DNA of 38,544 nucleotides from Patescibacteria group bacterium (GTDB lineage: Bacteria; Patescibacteriota; Patescibacteriia; JAZDEU01). Under the pieces are notes generated by a model. That model saw only the letters and a list, made by a program, of their open reading frames with translations, ran no database searches and had not been told where the DNA came from. The stretch is from NCBI GenBank assembly GCA_042568285.1, contig JBHPIX010000004.1, forward strand, positions 1 through 38,544, read 5' to 3'. The stretch's first letter is position 1. Each line of letters begins with the position of its first letter. Made by a program: the position numbers and the translations under genes. This document shows, piece after piece, positions 17,247 to 28,163 of this stretch.

Positions 17247-18191
17247 TCAATTCGTTACATAAACTCTTTTAATTTCTTCTTCTGCTCTCTGTTCCTCTTG
17301 TTTTCCAGCTCTATAAATAGCTCCTGATATTTGATTAGAAATTAATTTTAATAAAATTTCATTATTAATACTAAAATCTCCTCCAATTTTATCGCCTAAT
17401 AAAATTAGACCGATAACTTTTGAACCAAAAATCATGGGACATCCAATACCTTTATTCATTTTATAATTACTTTTCAAAGAAATAGAATCCTCATTTTTTG
17501 TCCTATAAAAATTTTTGGTTTCTAATATTTCTTGCGATATATTATCATCAGCAAAATTAATTTTTCTACTTATTTCATTTTTAGAACTATAGCCCTCTGA
17601 AGCTAATATAATAATTTCTTTTTTATATAAATCAAAGACAGCAAAAATCGCCTTTTTTATTTTTATAACTCCCATTATGACTTTTAATGCTTTTTTTGCA
17701 AGAATACTTAAATCATCTTCATCAGAAACAATCTGTCCTGTCTTATATAAAGAAACTAATTTATTAGTAGAATGAACTAATCTATGATTTAATCCTTTAA
17801 TAAAACCATTAGAAATAATCTGTCCTATATGAGCATTGTTATTTTTTATTAATTTTTTATAATCAATCCCACGTATAACTAACAATTCACTTTCTTCAAT
17901 AGCAAATGCTGTTTGGTGATGCAATGATTTTTCATCAATTAAAGCATTTGCGGAAATAAAATCATTTTCTTTAAGTATTGCCCAACCTTCTTCATTTTTA
18001 TTATTACTTTGAGATAATTTAATATAACCTGAAATAACTATAAAAAATTCTTTTCTTAGCTCTCCTTTTTTAAATAAAAATGCGCCTTTTTTTACATTTT
18101 TCACATTAACAATCTTTGCTATCTTTTCTACTTCTTGCCTTGTTAAATTGGTAAATAAGCTAACATTTTTTAATAAATTAGAATTTATCAT
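17247..18191 (-). CDS. Cyclic-nucleotide-binding plus GAF domain protein
   Basis: LLKNVSLFTNL...LFKKGE...FFIVISG (CRP-type cNMP fold); C-terminal PMIFGSKVIGLILL...FS..NEILL GAF pattern. Confidence 0.82.
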   Translation of the reverse strand: MINSNLLKNVSLFTNLTRQEVEKIAKIVNVKNVKKGAFLFKKGELRKEFFIVISGYIKLSQSNNKNEEGWAILKENDFISANALIDEKSLHHQTAFAIEESELLVIRGIDYKKLIKNNNAHIGQIISNGFIKGLNHRLVHSTNKLVSLYKTGQIVSDEDDLSILAKKALKVIMGVIKIKKAIFAVFDLYKKEIIILASEGYSSKNEISRKINFADDNISQEILETKNFYRTKNEDSISLKSNYKMNKGIGCPMIFGSKVIGLILLGDKIGGDFSINNEILLKLISNQISGAIYRAGKQEEQRAEEEIKRVYVTN

Positions 18192-18204
18192 ATTTTATCA
18201 GTAA

Positions 18205-18364
18205 GAAACTGTCCGAAAAGTATTTGCGAGACAAAAAATAAAAATTTTTTTCGCAAAAAGTTGAAGATTGAGGAAGCGATATGAGTATATCGTTGACGAA
18301 ATCTGAAGCTTTTTGCGGAAAAAAGATCATTTTTTGTGCCGTGAAGGACTTTTCGGACAGTTTC
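18205..18364. mobile_element. MITE (160 bp), 17-bp TIR GAAACTGTCCGAAAAGT, TAA direct repeats
   Basis: Perfect TIRs; TAA at 18202-18204 and 18365-18367. Confidence 0.8.
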
Positions 18365-18367
18365 TAA

Positions 18368-18391
18368 GGACACGGCATGCCGTGTCCATAC
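18368..18391. repeat. REP-like perfect palindrome GGACACGGCATGCCGTGTCC
   Basis: 20-bp palindrome preceded by GTAT on the minus strand (GTAG-like tag), abutting the MITE. Confidence 0.6.
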
Positions 18392-18397
18392 AATTAC

Positions 18398-19384
18398 CTA
18401 TCTTTCTAAAACAGGCTCAATCAATATTTCTCTCTCATTAATATTTTGATCTTTATCATTAAATACCTGTTTTTCAAAACATTTATAACCTTCCCCATGC
18501 TCCCACTGCTCATCCAAAGATCCGTATGGGTAATAACACTCTTCAATATCATCCATATTAGAAGCCATAAAATTTGAGCATAATTGATACCTATCTTCTG
18601 ATAAAATTTTATAATTAAACTTTTTTCCATCCACCTGATTAACAATATCTTTATTGCTCAAATTAGTACTCCCATTCAAAAGTTCATCTAAATTTTGAGG
18701 TAATCTTTTTTTAGAACTATAAAAATTTTCTACGGCATACTTTAATGAGTTAAACTGATTCAATATCTCACTATCTTGTTTTTTCATTCTTGTATTCATT
18801 GGAGAATCTATAAATATAAATCCAGAAATCAATGTTATCATTACAACTAATAGAGAAATAATAAAATAAATTTTCGCTATTTTATTTTTATTCCCAACTA
18901 TATTTTTTCTTTTAATATCAAATAAATAATAAGTAAATACTCCCGCTGAAATAGAAAGCGCGGTTAAAGCTTTCAAAATAAATTTAATTGTTAGTTCTCC
19001 ATCTAAAAAACTATAAATAACAGATATTAAATATCCTATTATTACAACTGATGCAACAAATAAAATAAAATAAGTCAAGAATTTGCGAACTCCAGACTCT
19101 TCGTCCAATTTTCCTAAAAACAAACTTTTATTTAGCTGTACAGCAAGTGTATAATAAACAGGCGCGGAGATAATAATAGCTGAAATAGCAAATTTTAAAG
19201 CGCTTGAAGAATAACAAGCTCTATAAGATGCGATCACATCAACTATATTTTTATTTATAATTTGAAAAATAATTATTCCTACAGAAACAGCCATAAACCC
19301 TAAAGCGACTAATGACAACATATAAAAAAAGGAATATTTCGCGGAATTATTGTCTGCTAAATTATTTTGATTTTGTTCTTCCAT
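18398..19384 (-). CDS. Multi-pass membrane protein (DUF5671-like)
   Basis: About 5 TM helices followed by SP...R...D...LP..L and YQLC soluble domain. Confidence 0.75.
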   Translation of the reverse strand: MEEQNQNNLADNNSAKYSFFYMLSLVALGFMAVSVGIIIFQIINKNIVDVIASYRACYSSSALKFAISAIIISAPVYYTLAVQLNKSLFLGKLDEESGVRKFLTYFILFVASVVIIGYLISVIYSFLDGELTIKFILKALTALSISAGVFTYYLFDIKRKNIVGNKNKIAKIYFIISLLVVMITLISGFIFIDSPMNTRMKKQDSEILNQFNSLKYAVENFYSSKKRLPQNLDELLNGSTNLSNKDIVNQVDGKKFNYKILSEDRYQLCSNFMASNMDDIEECYYPYGSLDEQWEHGEGYKCFEKQVFNDKDQNINEREILIEPVLER

Positions 19385-19511
19385 ATTATTATTTCCACAA
19401 ATTTACAAATTTTATTTTTTTAAAAAATATTTATGAAGACTTGTCAGACTAAACTTTACGTTAAGTCTAAACGGGTAAATTTATAGAAAATTAGTTTATT
19501 TTTTAAATTAT

Positions 19512-20555
19512 TTAATCTTTTAAACTTTCCGGATTTATCATATACGCCTGCGCGACCTCTTTAGCAATCACGCCAGAGCTATATAATCTTTTTATATCCT
19601 GATCCAATGACTGCATACCCTCTTCCGCGCTTGTCTGAATAGCAGTGCCTATTTGCGCGATTTTATTTTCTCTAATCATATTTGAAATAGCAGGTGTATT
19701 AATTAACAATTCTCTAGTGGCAATTCTCCCTCCTTTTGTTTTTGGCAAAAGTCGCTGAGAAATGACGCCAGCTAATGTCATTGACAATTGCAAACGAATT
19801 TGAAATTGCTGATATGGAGGGAATATATCAATTATTCTGTCTACTGTCTGCGCGGCGCTAAATGTATGCAAAGTGGCTAAAACTAAATGACCTGTTTCAG
19901 CCATTGTTATAGTTGCCGCAATTGTTTCTAAATCTCTCATCTCTCCAACCATAATAACATCTGGATCCTGACGCAAAACATGTTTTAATCCTTCATTAAA
20001 AGACAACACATCTGAATTCAACTGCCTTTGCTTTATAATACTCTTATTAGAAGCATATATAAACTCTATTGGGTCTTCTAATGTCATTATATGGCAAGAT
20101 CTTTCTTTATTTATCAAATTTATCATTGCGGCTAAAGAGGTTGACTTACCGCAACCCGTAGGTCCTGTAAAAACAACTAAGCCTTGCTTTAATCTAGCTA
20201 ACTTATATATCATTTCTGGCATATCAAGATCTTCCATTGTAGGAGGCACGAAATTTATAATTCTAGACACTAGCCCAACATTATCTTTTTCCAAATGTAT
20301 ATTAATTCTAAATCTTCCTAAATTAGTAATCTGATAAGAAATGTCTAATTCTTTATTCTGTTCAAAAATTTTCTGCTGATTTTCTGATAATATACTATAA
20401 ACTAATTTCTTTATACTAGAAGAATTTAAAATAGGCAAACTTTTAATTTCATATAATTCACCATCAACTCTAATAATTGGAGGCTTGCCTACAATCAAAT
20501 GGATGTCAGACGCCTTTCTATCAACGCCTATTTTAAAAATTCCGTTTATAGTCAT
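19512..20555 (-). CDS. pilT: Type IV pilus retraction ATPase PilT/PilU
   Basis: ASDIHL, GPTGCGKST, EDPIE, LRQDPDVIMVGEMRD, AETGHLV.ATLHT; start likely ATG 20555. Confidence 0.93.
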   Translation of the reverse strand: MTINGIFKIGVDRKASDIHLIVGKPPIIRVDGELYEIKSLPILNSSSIKKLVYSILSENQQKIFEQNKELDISYQITNLGRFRINIHLEKDNVGLVSRIINFVPPTMEDLDMPEMIYKLARLKQGLVVFTGPTGCGKSTSLAAMINLINKERSCHIMTLEDPIEFIYASNKSIIKQRQLNSDVLSFNEGLKHVLRQDPDVIMVGEMRDLETIAATITMAETGHLVLATLHTFSAAQTVDRIIDIFPPYQQFQIRLQLSMTLAGVISQRLLPKTKGGRIATRELLINTPAISNMIRENKIAQIGTAIQTSAEEGMQSLDQDIKRLYSSGVIAKEVAQAYMINPESLKD

Positions 20556-20655
20556 AACTTCAAAAAAACAAGAAAACAATAAAACAACAAAACAATTGTT
20601 TCATCGCTTCTTTATTTTTAAAAGAAAAATAATTAAACTACTAATATTTTACTTA

Positions 20656-21351
20656 TCACTCCTGCCATTCTTCTAATTCCAGAGCTTTTTCCGCAGCCTG
20701 AACTTGCGCCTCCTGCTTGCTAGTCCCTATCCCTGAACATATAAGTTCTTTTTCTAAATATAACCCTACTTCAAATTTTTTATTATGATCAGGCCCCTTA
20801 GTTGAAAGCACTTTATAGGAAGGTGTAATACCTTTACGATCTTGAGCTAACTCCTGAAACCTGCTTTTAGGATCTAAGTAAAGCTTATTCTTTAAAATAT
20901 TTGGTAAATTAATTAATATTTTTTTTACAATAAATTTTTTAGCTACCTCTAGTCCACTATCTAAATAAATAGACCCTATTAAGGCTTCAAAAGAATCTGC
21001 TAATATATATTGACGAGCTTTAATATTATTATCTTTTGATTCTCCGCGACTTAAAAAAAGAAACTCTTCAAGCTTTATCTTACCAGCTGTTTTAGCAAGC
21101 ATCTTACTATTAACCAAACTTGCGCGCCAATTCGTTAATTCACCTTCAGGATTATTATAATTTTTATATAAATACTCAGTAACGACTATTTCTAAAACAG
21201 CGTCTCCAAGAAATTCAAGCCGTTCATTATTATCTAATATGAATTTCGGATTTTCGTTTAAATATGATCTATGAACTAATGCTTGCCGTAAAAGATCAAT
21301 ATTATTAAATTTTATACCTATTTTTTTTTCTAATTTTGAGAAATCTTTCAT
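20656..21351 (-). CDS. rnc: Ribonuclease III
   Basis: NERLEFLGDAVL, dsRBD GPDH...SKQEA. Confidence 0.97.
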   Translation of the reverse strand: MKDFSKLEKKIGIKFNNIDLLRQALVHRSYLNENPKFILDNNERLEFLGDAVLEIVVTEYLYKNYNNPEGELTNWRASLVNSKMLAKTAGKIKLEEFLFLSRGESKDNNIKARQYILADSFEALIGSIYLDSGLEVAKKFIVKKILINLPNILKNKLYLDPKSRFQELAQDRKGITPSYKVLSTKGPDHNKKFEVGLYLEKELICSGIGTSKQEAQVQAAEKALELEEWQE

Positions 21352-21439
21352 TCTTTTCTAATTTATGAATTTGTTAATTTGCGAATATACCACATCCACT
21401 AATTTACAAATTTACCAATTCACAAATACACTAAATTTA

Positions 21440-21904
21440 CTAAGATTCATTTTTTCCAGTTTTGCTATCCTCTAAATCATTGTACACAGCGCCTAACACA
21501 CCATTAACAAATCTTCCTGAGGAATCCCCTCCAAAATTTTTAGACAACTCTATTGATTCATTAATAGCTACTCTTGGAGGTATATCTTTATCAAAAAGCA
21601 ATTCATACAATCCAATTCGTAAAACATTTCTATCTACAATGGCTATTTTATCTAATGGCCAACTTGGCGCATATTCTATAATTTTATTTTCTATTTCTTC
21701 GTTATTCTCTATAACTCCATTAACTAATTTGCGAATAAAACCATCATCATTAAAAGATGGGGCAAATTCTTTTAAATTATATTTTATATTATCTTCAATA
21801 TTTTTTTTCTCACTTCCAAAAGTAATGCCTTTTTTCTGGCACAAAAAATCTAATTGATATAATGTTTGAAGTACGATTGTCCTTGCTAAATGACGGTTAG
21901 ACAT
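21440..21904 (-). CDS. nusB: Transcription antitermination factor NusB
   Basis: [27 protein letters not shown]. Confidence 0.95.
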   Translation of the reverse strand: MSNRHLARTIVLQTLYQLDFLCQKKGITFGSEKKNIEDNIKYNLKEFAPSFNDDGFIRKLVNGVIENNEEIENKIIEYAPSWPLDKIAIVDRNVLRIGLYELLFDKDIPPRVAINESIELSKNFGGDSSGRFVNGVLGAVYNDLEDSKTGKNES

Positions 21905-21981
21905 TCTGATTTTAGATTGATGATTTTAGATTTTAGATTTACAGCTAATTGAAAATCTAAAATCTGCAACCTTAAATCTAA

Positions 21982-22206
21982 TTAGTCCTCTTTTGCTGTC
22001 TCTGTTGATTTCTTTTTTTTATCCAATTTGCTTTTTATCTTTAATACGCGCCTACCTTTATAATATCCGCAAAATGCGCATACATAATGTGGTTTTGTAG
22101 GCTTTCCACATTTAGAGCATTTTGATAATTCTTTTTCTTTCAAAGCAAAATGGCTCGCCCTTCTTTTCTTTGATGATTTTGTTCTCCTTTGTGACTGTAA
22201 TGCCAT
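21982..22206 (-). CDS. rpmF: 50S ribosomal protein L32
   Basis: CSKCG...PHYVCAFCGYYKGR. Confidence 0.93.
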   Translation of the reverse strand: MALQSQRRTKSSKKRRASHFALKEKELSKCSKCGKPTKPHYVCAFCGYYKGRRVLKIKSKLDKKKKSTETAKED

Positions 22207-22547
22207 ATATAATAATCAATTGCTATATTGTTGGATTGTTGGATTGCCTGCCTTGACGCCTGCCTGTCCGGTAGGCAGGGTAGGCAGGTTATGTTATGCT
22301 ATACTTTAGCTTTTCAACAATTGAACAATAGAGCCTGTCTCGCACTTGCATCGCCAAGGCGGACAATTGAACAATTCTTCAATTAAACATTTTACCTTAT
22401 CTTTTTGATGTAAAACTTTAAAAACCTTGAATGAATTCTATTATTTTTACTATAACAAATATTCTAAAAAATTGCAACCTAGTAAAAAATATATTGACAA
22501 GCAAGCTATTCTTCTATATATTTATTTAAAATAATTCTTGCTATGTC

Positions 22548-22567
22548 TTATCCACAGCTAATCCACA
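22548..22567. promoter_or_regulatory. DnaA boxes upstream of dnaA
   Basis: TTATCCACA 22548-22556 and 1-mismatch TAATCCACA 22559-22567. Confidence 0.7.
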
Positions 22568-22643
22568 TATTATAAACTTTTTAAGGCTTTGACGGATTGA
22601 AAAATTTGTTATAGAATAACAACAACCTTATCAATATAAAACT

Positions 22644-24032
22644 ATGACTAATCAAGAAATTTGGCAAGCCACATTAGGAGAATTAGAATTAATATTAAGC
22701 AAAGCTAATTTTGTTACTTGGTTTAAAAATACATACATTTCTTCTCTAGAAAAAACCAAGGCGGTTATAAATGTTCCTAATGAATTTACGAAATCATGGT
22801 TTGAACAAAAATACCATAAAGAAATTCTTCAGTCATTAAAAAATGTTTCTCAAGAAAATATAACAGAAATATTATATCAGGTGCAAACAGTAAAAACTCC
22901 TTTTGAAAATTCCTATTTTAAAAAATTCAAAAACAATCAAAGTAATACAGTAGAAACTGAAACAAAAACAAACAATGATCGCGAAACAGTAATTTCAATC
23001 AAACAAAACAACTATGGATTAAATGAAAAATATACTTTTGAAACTTTTATTGTAGGCAGGGGGAATGAAATGGCCCAAGCCGCATCTATAGCAGTATCAG
23101 AAAATCCTGGAAAAATTTATAATCCATTATTTATTTATGGAGGTGTTGGATTAGGAAAAACTCATTTAATGCAAGCTATTGGAAATACAATTGCATCTGT
23201 TAATCCTAAAACTAAAATTATATATGCGACAAGCGAAACTTTTACAAATGATTATATTTATTCCTTAAAAACAGGAACTACAAAAGATTTCCATAGAAAA
23301 TATAGAGAAATAGACCTTTTGCTTATTGATGATATACAATTTATGGCTAATAAAGAAAGCACGCAAGAAGCCTTTTTTCATACATTTAACGACTTGTATC
23401 AGACAAATAGACAAATTGTAATAAGTTCAGACAGGGTCCCAAAAGCAATTCCGAAACTAGAAGATCGCCTTACTTCAAGATTAGAATGTGGAATGATCGC
23501 GGATATTTCTCGTCTTGATTTAGAAACTAGATTAGCTATATTGAAAGCAAAATGCATTGAGAAAGAATTTGAAATGAATGAAGACGCTATAAATTTAATG
23601 GCAGCGACAGTAACAAATAATATTAGAGAATTAGAAGGAGCTTTAAATAAAGTAATGGCTCATTGCCATTTTCATAATATATCAGCTGGGACAGATGACA
23701 TAAAAAGCATATTGGCATCGCTTATTATCACTCCATCAAAAGGACATATAACTTCAAAGGGGTTATTAAAAACAGTGGCAGAATTTTATGACGTTAATAT
23801 TGCTGAATTATTAGGGAAATGCCGAAAAAAAGAAATTGTTGAACCGAGACAAATTATTATGTTTCTATTAAGGGAAGATATGAATTATTCTTTTCCTCAT
23901 ATCGCGCAAGAGCTGGGTGGCAGAGATCATACTACTGCGATACACGCGCATAAAAAAATTGCAATGGGCTTAAAAATGGATGAGAGAATAAGACAAGAAA
24001 TAGAACTTATACGACAAAAAATGTATTATTAG
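22644..24032 (+). CDS. dnaA: Chromosomal replication initiator DnaA
   Basis: YNPLFIYGGVGLGKTHL, LLIDDIQF, RELEGAL, GGRDHTT. Confidence 0.98.
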   Translation: MTNQEIWQATLGELELILSKANFVTWFKNTYISSLEKTKAVINVPNEFTKSWFEQKYHKEILQSLKNVSQENITEILYQVQTVKTPFENSYFKKFKNNQSNTVETETKTNNDRETVISIKQNNYGLNEKYTFETFIVGRGNEMAQAASIAVSENPGKIYNPLFIYGGVGLGKTHLMQAIGNTIASVNPKTKIIYATSETFTNDYIYSLKTGTTKDFHRKYREIDLLLIDDIQFMANKESTQEAFFHTFNDLYQTNRQIVISSDRVPKAIPKLEDRLTSRLECGMIADISRLDLETRLAILKAKCIEKEFEMNEDAINLMAATVTNNIRELEGALNKVMAHCHFHNISAGTDDIKSILASLIITPSKGHITSKGLLKTVAEFYDVNIAELLGKCRKKEIVEPRQIIMFLLREDMNYSFPHIAQELGGRDHTTAIHAHKKIAMGLKMDERIRQEIELIRQKMYY

Positions 24033-24193
24033 AATTTTATAAATATGTGGAATAATATAATATTATAAAAAATTACAAATTCACCTAATTTCTAATTCAC
24101 CTAATAAAATTTCCAATCAGGATGATGTTGTAAGAATTTGACATTTGACATTAAATATTTTATTAGAAATTAGAAATTAGAAATTAGAAATTT

Positions 24194-25351
24194 ATGCGAC
24201 TATCATGCTTGCAGGAAAACTTAAATCAAGGATTAAATGTAGTTAGCCATATCAGCGATAAGACTACCAGTTTGCCTATTTTAAATAATGTTTTACTTAA
24301 AAGTGAGAATAAAACAATCAAACTAATTGCCACTAATTTAGAAATTGGAATAAACTGCTCTATAAGAGGAAAAGTTGAGGAAGATGGAGATACAACTATT
24401 TTGGCGAGAATATTCAGTGAATATATCGCTCTTATGCCAAATGAAAAAATTGATATGGAGATGAAGGATGATTCGCTTAAAGTATCTTGCGCAAATTTTT
24501 CTACTAAACTAAAAAGCTCGCCTGCTTCTGACTTCCCTTTATTGCCATCTATTGATAAAGAAAAAAGTTATTGTTGTTCTGTCGCAATAAATGATTTTAA
24601 AAATGCTATATCGCAAGTGTTATTTGCCATTTCACCAAATGAATCTCGCCCTGAAATAAGCGGTGTATTTATATCTGTAAAAAATGGGGAATTAACATTA
24701 GCAGGCACTGACAGCTTTCGTCTTGCTGAGAAAAAAATAAAAATAGTTTCAGAAAACAATAAAAAAGATAATCTTAGCACAATTATTCCATATAAAACCC
24801 TTAGCGAACTTCTTAGAATTTTATCTGTACTGCAAAAAGACGACAATGTAGAAAATGATCAGAATAATATTTCTATTTACATTGCTGAAAACCAAATTTT
24901 ATTCTCATGTAAAAATATTGATCTAATTTCAAGATTAGTTGATTCCAAATATCCAGATTATACGCAAATTATTCCTCAAAAGTTAAAAACAAAAATAACA
25001 TTAAACGCTAAAACTTTATTAAACGCAGTTAAGGCAGCCAGTTTATTCACCAAAACTGGAATTTATGACATTTCACTTTCTTTCAATCCTGCGACTAATA
25101 AAATTAAAATTTTCTCTTTAAATAATCAAATCGGAGAAAGCGAATCTGAAATTGATGTTCAGATTGAAGGAGAAGAAGAAAAACTTATTCTCAATTATCG
25201 CTATCTATTAGACGGACTCCAAAACATCAATACTGAAAAAATTATTATGCAAATTACTGACAGCGCAAAACCATGTATAATAAAACCAGCCACTGAAAAA
25301 GGCGAACCAACAGACAATTATATCTATCTCATTATGCCTATAAAGCAGTAG
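24194..25351 (+). CDS. dnaN: DNA polymerase III beta clamp
   Basis: LPILNNVL, ATNLEI, SRPEISG, TDSFRL, YLIMP. Confidence 0.97.
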   Translation: MRLSCLQENLNQGLNVVSHISDKTTSLPILNNVLLKSENKTIKLIATNLEIGINCSIRGKVEEDGDTTILARIFSEYIALMPNEKIDMEMKDDSLKVSCANFSTKLKSSPASDFPLLPSIDKEKSYCCSVAINDFKNAISQVLFAISPNESRPEISGVFISVKNGELTLAGTDSFRLAEKKIKIVSENNKKDNLSTIIPYKTLSELLRILSVLQKDDNVENDQNNISIYIAENQILFSCKNIDLISRLVDSKYPDYTQIIPQKLKTKITLNAKTLLNAVKAASLFTKTGIYDISLSFNPATNKIKIFSLNNQIGESESEIDVQIEGEEEKLILNYRYLLDGLQNINTEKIIMQITDSAKPCIIKPATEKGEPTDNYIYLIMPIKQ

Positions 25352-25360
25352 AGCCTAACC

Positions 25361-25551
25361 TCCCCCCTTTATAAGGGGGGAAGCAGTCCGCCTCGGCTCT
25401 GCCTCATCGAGACGGGGGGGTATTCAGATTGAAGATTTAAGATTGCCCTCCCCCTTTCCGAGGGGGAGGTAGGAGGGGGTGTGGAATAATAATTTTCAAT
25501 TCACAATTTTCAAATAATCTACTTTTGTCATTCTCGCGGAGGCGGGAATCC
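25361..25551. repeat. Cluster of palindromic repeats (two C/G-run elements, a 28-bp nested unit, a TGTCA arm)
   Basis: 25361-25424, 25445-25480, 25526-25551. Confidence 0.75.
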
Positions 25552-25592
25552 ACAACTATTAACAATATAAACATATCAAAATAAAAAAAATC

Positions 25593-26606
25593 ATGCATAT
25601 AAAAACAGTCCAAGTATATCAAAAAATAATGAATAGACCGTTAAGCCTAATTGATTGTGAGTGCTGGGATATTGGAGAAAGAATAAAATTGCCTAAAAAA
25701 TTTAAAAACCTACTTTTTTTTGATCCGCTATTTATTTACACGCCTAAAAAAGCGGTAGCGGTTTATTATAACTTTACTGATCCTAAACAGAACCCGCAAC
25801 CGCTAATTACATATCTTCAAAAAAAATTATCTTGGCTTAAAAAAGAAAAAGTTAAATTTGATAAAAACTGCCAAGAAATAAGAATGTTAATTAAAAATAA
25901 TTCTGCTGATTATAAAAAAATTGCTGAACTAAACCATAATATTTGGGCTATAATAGCTATTGCAAATGTACTAGGACGGACAGAAGCTTATAAAGTTTCT
26001 AAAAAATTGAAACTGATTTGTATTCAAATTAGAAATGAAAGCGATGATATTCTTCATCCTTCATTAACTTATCTAAACAAAATTATTGCAAAACATTTCA
26101 AAATTAAAAACACACAAAATATTTTATTATCTGAAGTTTTAAAGCATAACATCCCAAACAAAGAGGAAATTATAAAAAGAGAAGATGGATGGATTTATCA
26201 TAAAGGAAATATTATTTTTGATTCAAAAAAATATTTCAAAGACAAAAATATTCAAATTGTGAATCCTTCAAAAAAAAATGATACTGTTATAACTGGAAGT
26301 GTAGCTTGTAAAGGTTTCGCTAAAGGAAAAGCAAAAATTGTTTTTGAATTATCTGAACTTAATAAAATTGAAAATGGGAATATTTTAATAACTCCAATGA
26401 CTACGCCAGAGATGATGCCTGCATTAAAGAAAGCCTCTGCAATTGTTACTGATGAAGGTGGCATTACCTGCCATGCCGCAATAGTCTCCCGCGAACTTAA
26501 AAAACCCTGCATTATTGGCACAAAAATAGCCACAAAAATATTGCGCGACGGACAAATCGTTAAAGTTGACGCAGATAAGGGGATTGTAAGGATAATAAAA
26601 CCCTAA
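25593..26606 (+). CDS. Unknown N-terminal domain plus PEP-utilising phospho-His swivel domain
   Basis: C-terminal MTTP...AIVTDEGGITCHAAIVSRELKKPCIIGT...VDADKG. Confidence 0.88.
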   Translation: MHIKTVQVYQKIMNRPLSLIDCECWDIGERIKLPKKFKNLLFFDPLFIYTPKKAVAVYYNFTDPKQNPQPLITYLQKKLSWLKKEKVKFDKNCQEIRMLIKNNSADYKKIAELNHNIWAIIAIANVLGRTEAYKVSKKLKLICIQIRNESDDILHPSLTYLNKIIAKHFKIKNTQNILLSEVLKHNIPNKEEIIKREDGWIYHKGNIIFDSKKYFKDKNIQIVNPSKKNDTVITGSVACKGFAKGKAKIVFELSELNKIENGNILITPMTTPEMMPALKKASAIVTDEGGITCHAAIVSRELKKPCIIGTKIATKILRDGQIVKVDADKGIVRIIKP

Positions 26607-26614
26607 AAATAGCC

Positions 26615-26669
26615 CTTGACATTCTAAATGTCAAGATGTATAATATCCTTGACAGTACAAATAACAAGG
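26615..26669 (+). promoter_or_regulatory. Promoter with overlapping palindromic operators
   Basis: TTGACA-17-TATAAT; CTTGACA-N7-TGTCAAG and a second imperfect copy 33 bp downstream. Confidence 0.75.
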
Positions 26670-26674
26670 TAAAT

Positions 26675-28078
26675 ATGGAAATTAACTACTCTCTATTACA
26701 AAAATACAATCCATGGTGGGAAGATAAAAACGCAATTAAACGAGATGAAAAAATAATAGAATTTTCTTCTCAAGCTATAAAATATTATCCTAATTTTTTT
26801 ATTAAAGAAAAATTCACAAAAGGAGTATATACCCTATTGGGACCAAGGCAGGTTGGGAAAAGCACTACTTTTAAGCTTTTTATAAAAAATTTGCTTTTAG
26901 AAAAAAAAATAAATCCTCTTAATCTTCTTTTTTTTCAATGTGACGCTATTAAAGATTTTCAGGAATTAATAAAAGTGCTGGAAACTTACAAGGAAAGCTT
27001 ATCTAATAAAAATCGGTTTTATATATTCTTGGATGAAATATCTTTTATAGAAGAATGGCCACGAGCAATAAAGCACCTAATTGATCGCGGTGATCTTAAA
27101 AATGCGATTATTTTTCTCGCAGGATCTCTTTCTTTAAATGTTAAAGGCGGAGCAGAGCTTATGCCGGGCAGGAGAGGAAAAAAAGAAAAACAAGATTTTC
27201 TGCTTCTGCCGTTAGACTTTAAAAAATATGTTAAATTACTAAAAAATGAATCTTCGTAGATAGATTTTAGGTTTTTGTTAGAAAATTCTGTTTCTAAAAT
27301 TTTATTCTCTCCTGAATTAAATAAAATTTACAGAAAAAAAGCTATCTTAGAAATTTTATTTAATCAATATTTAATAACAGGCGGATTCCTATCGCCTCTT
27401 AACCAGTTCGTAAAAAGTAAAAAAATTACTGACGCAACTTTTAATATCTATTGGCAAGGGATAAAAGGCGATTTATTGAAACTTGAAAGGAAAGAAACTA
27501 TATTTTTAGAAATTATGCAGGAGGAGATGAAACATCTCGGAGGAACTTTTAGCTACAATGATATTGCTAAAAATATTTCTATAAGCTCGCATGTCACAGT
27601 TATGGATTACTTAACTTTATCTGAAAAATTTTTCATTTTAAACATTTTTCACAATATTGATCTTGAAAAGAGGTTGCCTGCCTTGAGAAAACAAAAAAAA
27701 CTTTCTTTTTTAGACCCATTTATTTTTAATCTATTAAACTCACAGATCATTGGAGCAATAGATTTCTTTGAAACCGCAAAAATAGAATCTTCTAAATATT
27801 TCCCTGCTTTAATAGAAGGAATAATTGCTAACTTTTTAAAATTAAAATTCTTGCGATGCGGGTTTTGGAACAATAAGAGAGAGATTGATTTTGTTGGAAT
27901 AGAAAAACAAAAAACTATCGGTTTTGAGATTAAAATACAAAATAAGATTAACGAACGCGACATAATTAAGCTAAAAACTATAAACCAATTTGACAAAATT
28001 ATAGTTGTATCAAAAAATGAATTTAAAGAAATTGACGGGATATTGCTAATCCCTTATTGGATGCTTTTATTATTATAA
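26675..28078 (+). pseudogene. AAA+ ATPase with DUF4143-type C-terminus, interrupted by one in-frame TAG (27257-27259)
   Basis: NPWW, GPRQVGKST, FLDEI, GS, GR; both ORF halves are in the same frame; TGGF, DP, EIDF...EIK nuclease-like motif. Confidence 0.82.
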
Positions 28079-28163
28079 GACAAAAAAAGAGGGATAGGAG
28101 AACTTTAAATCTTTTTAATATTTAAGTTCTCGCTATCCCGTGTTAAGAGCGATGTAAAGTTGG

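Noticed and set aside
14977-25622. Small ORFs 14977-15186, 16145-16369, 16889-17092, 18188-18373, 25437-25622
   Set aside because: They are translations of MITEs, tRNAs or palindromic repeats.
27257-27259. Genome-wide stop-codon reassignment
   Set aside because: TAG terminates gyrA, dnaA and dnaN, and TGA terminates the TPS and NUDIX genes, at the expected ends.
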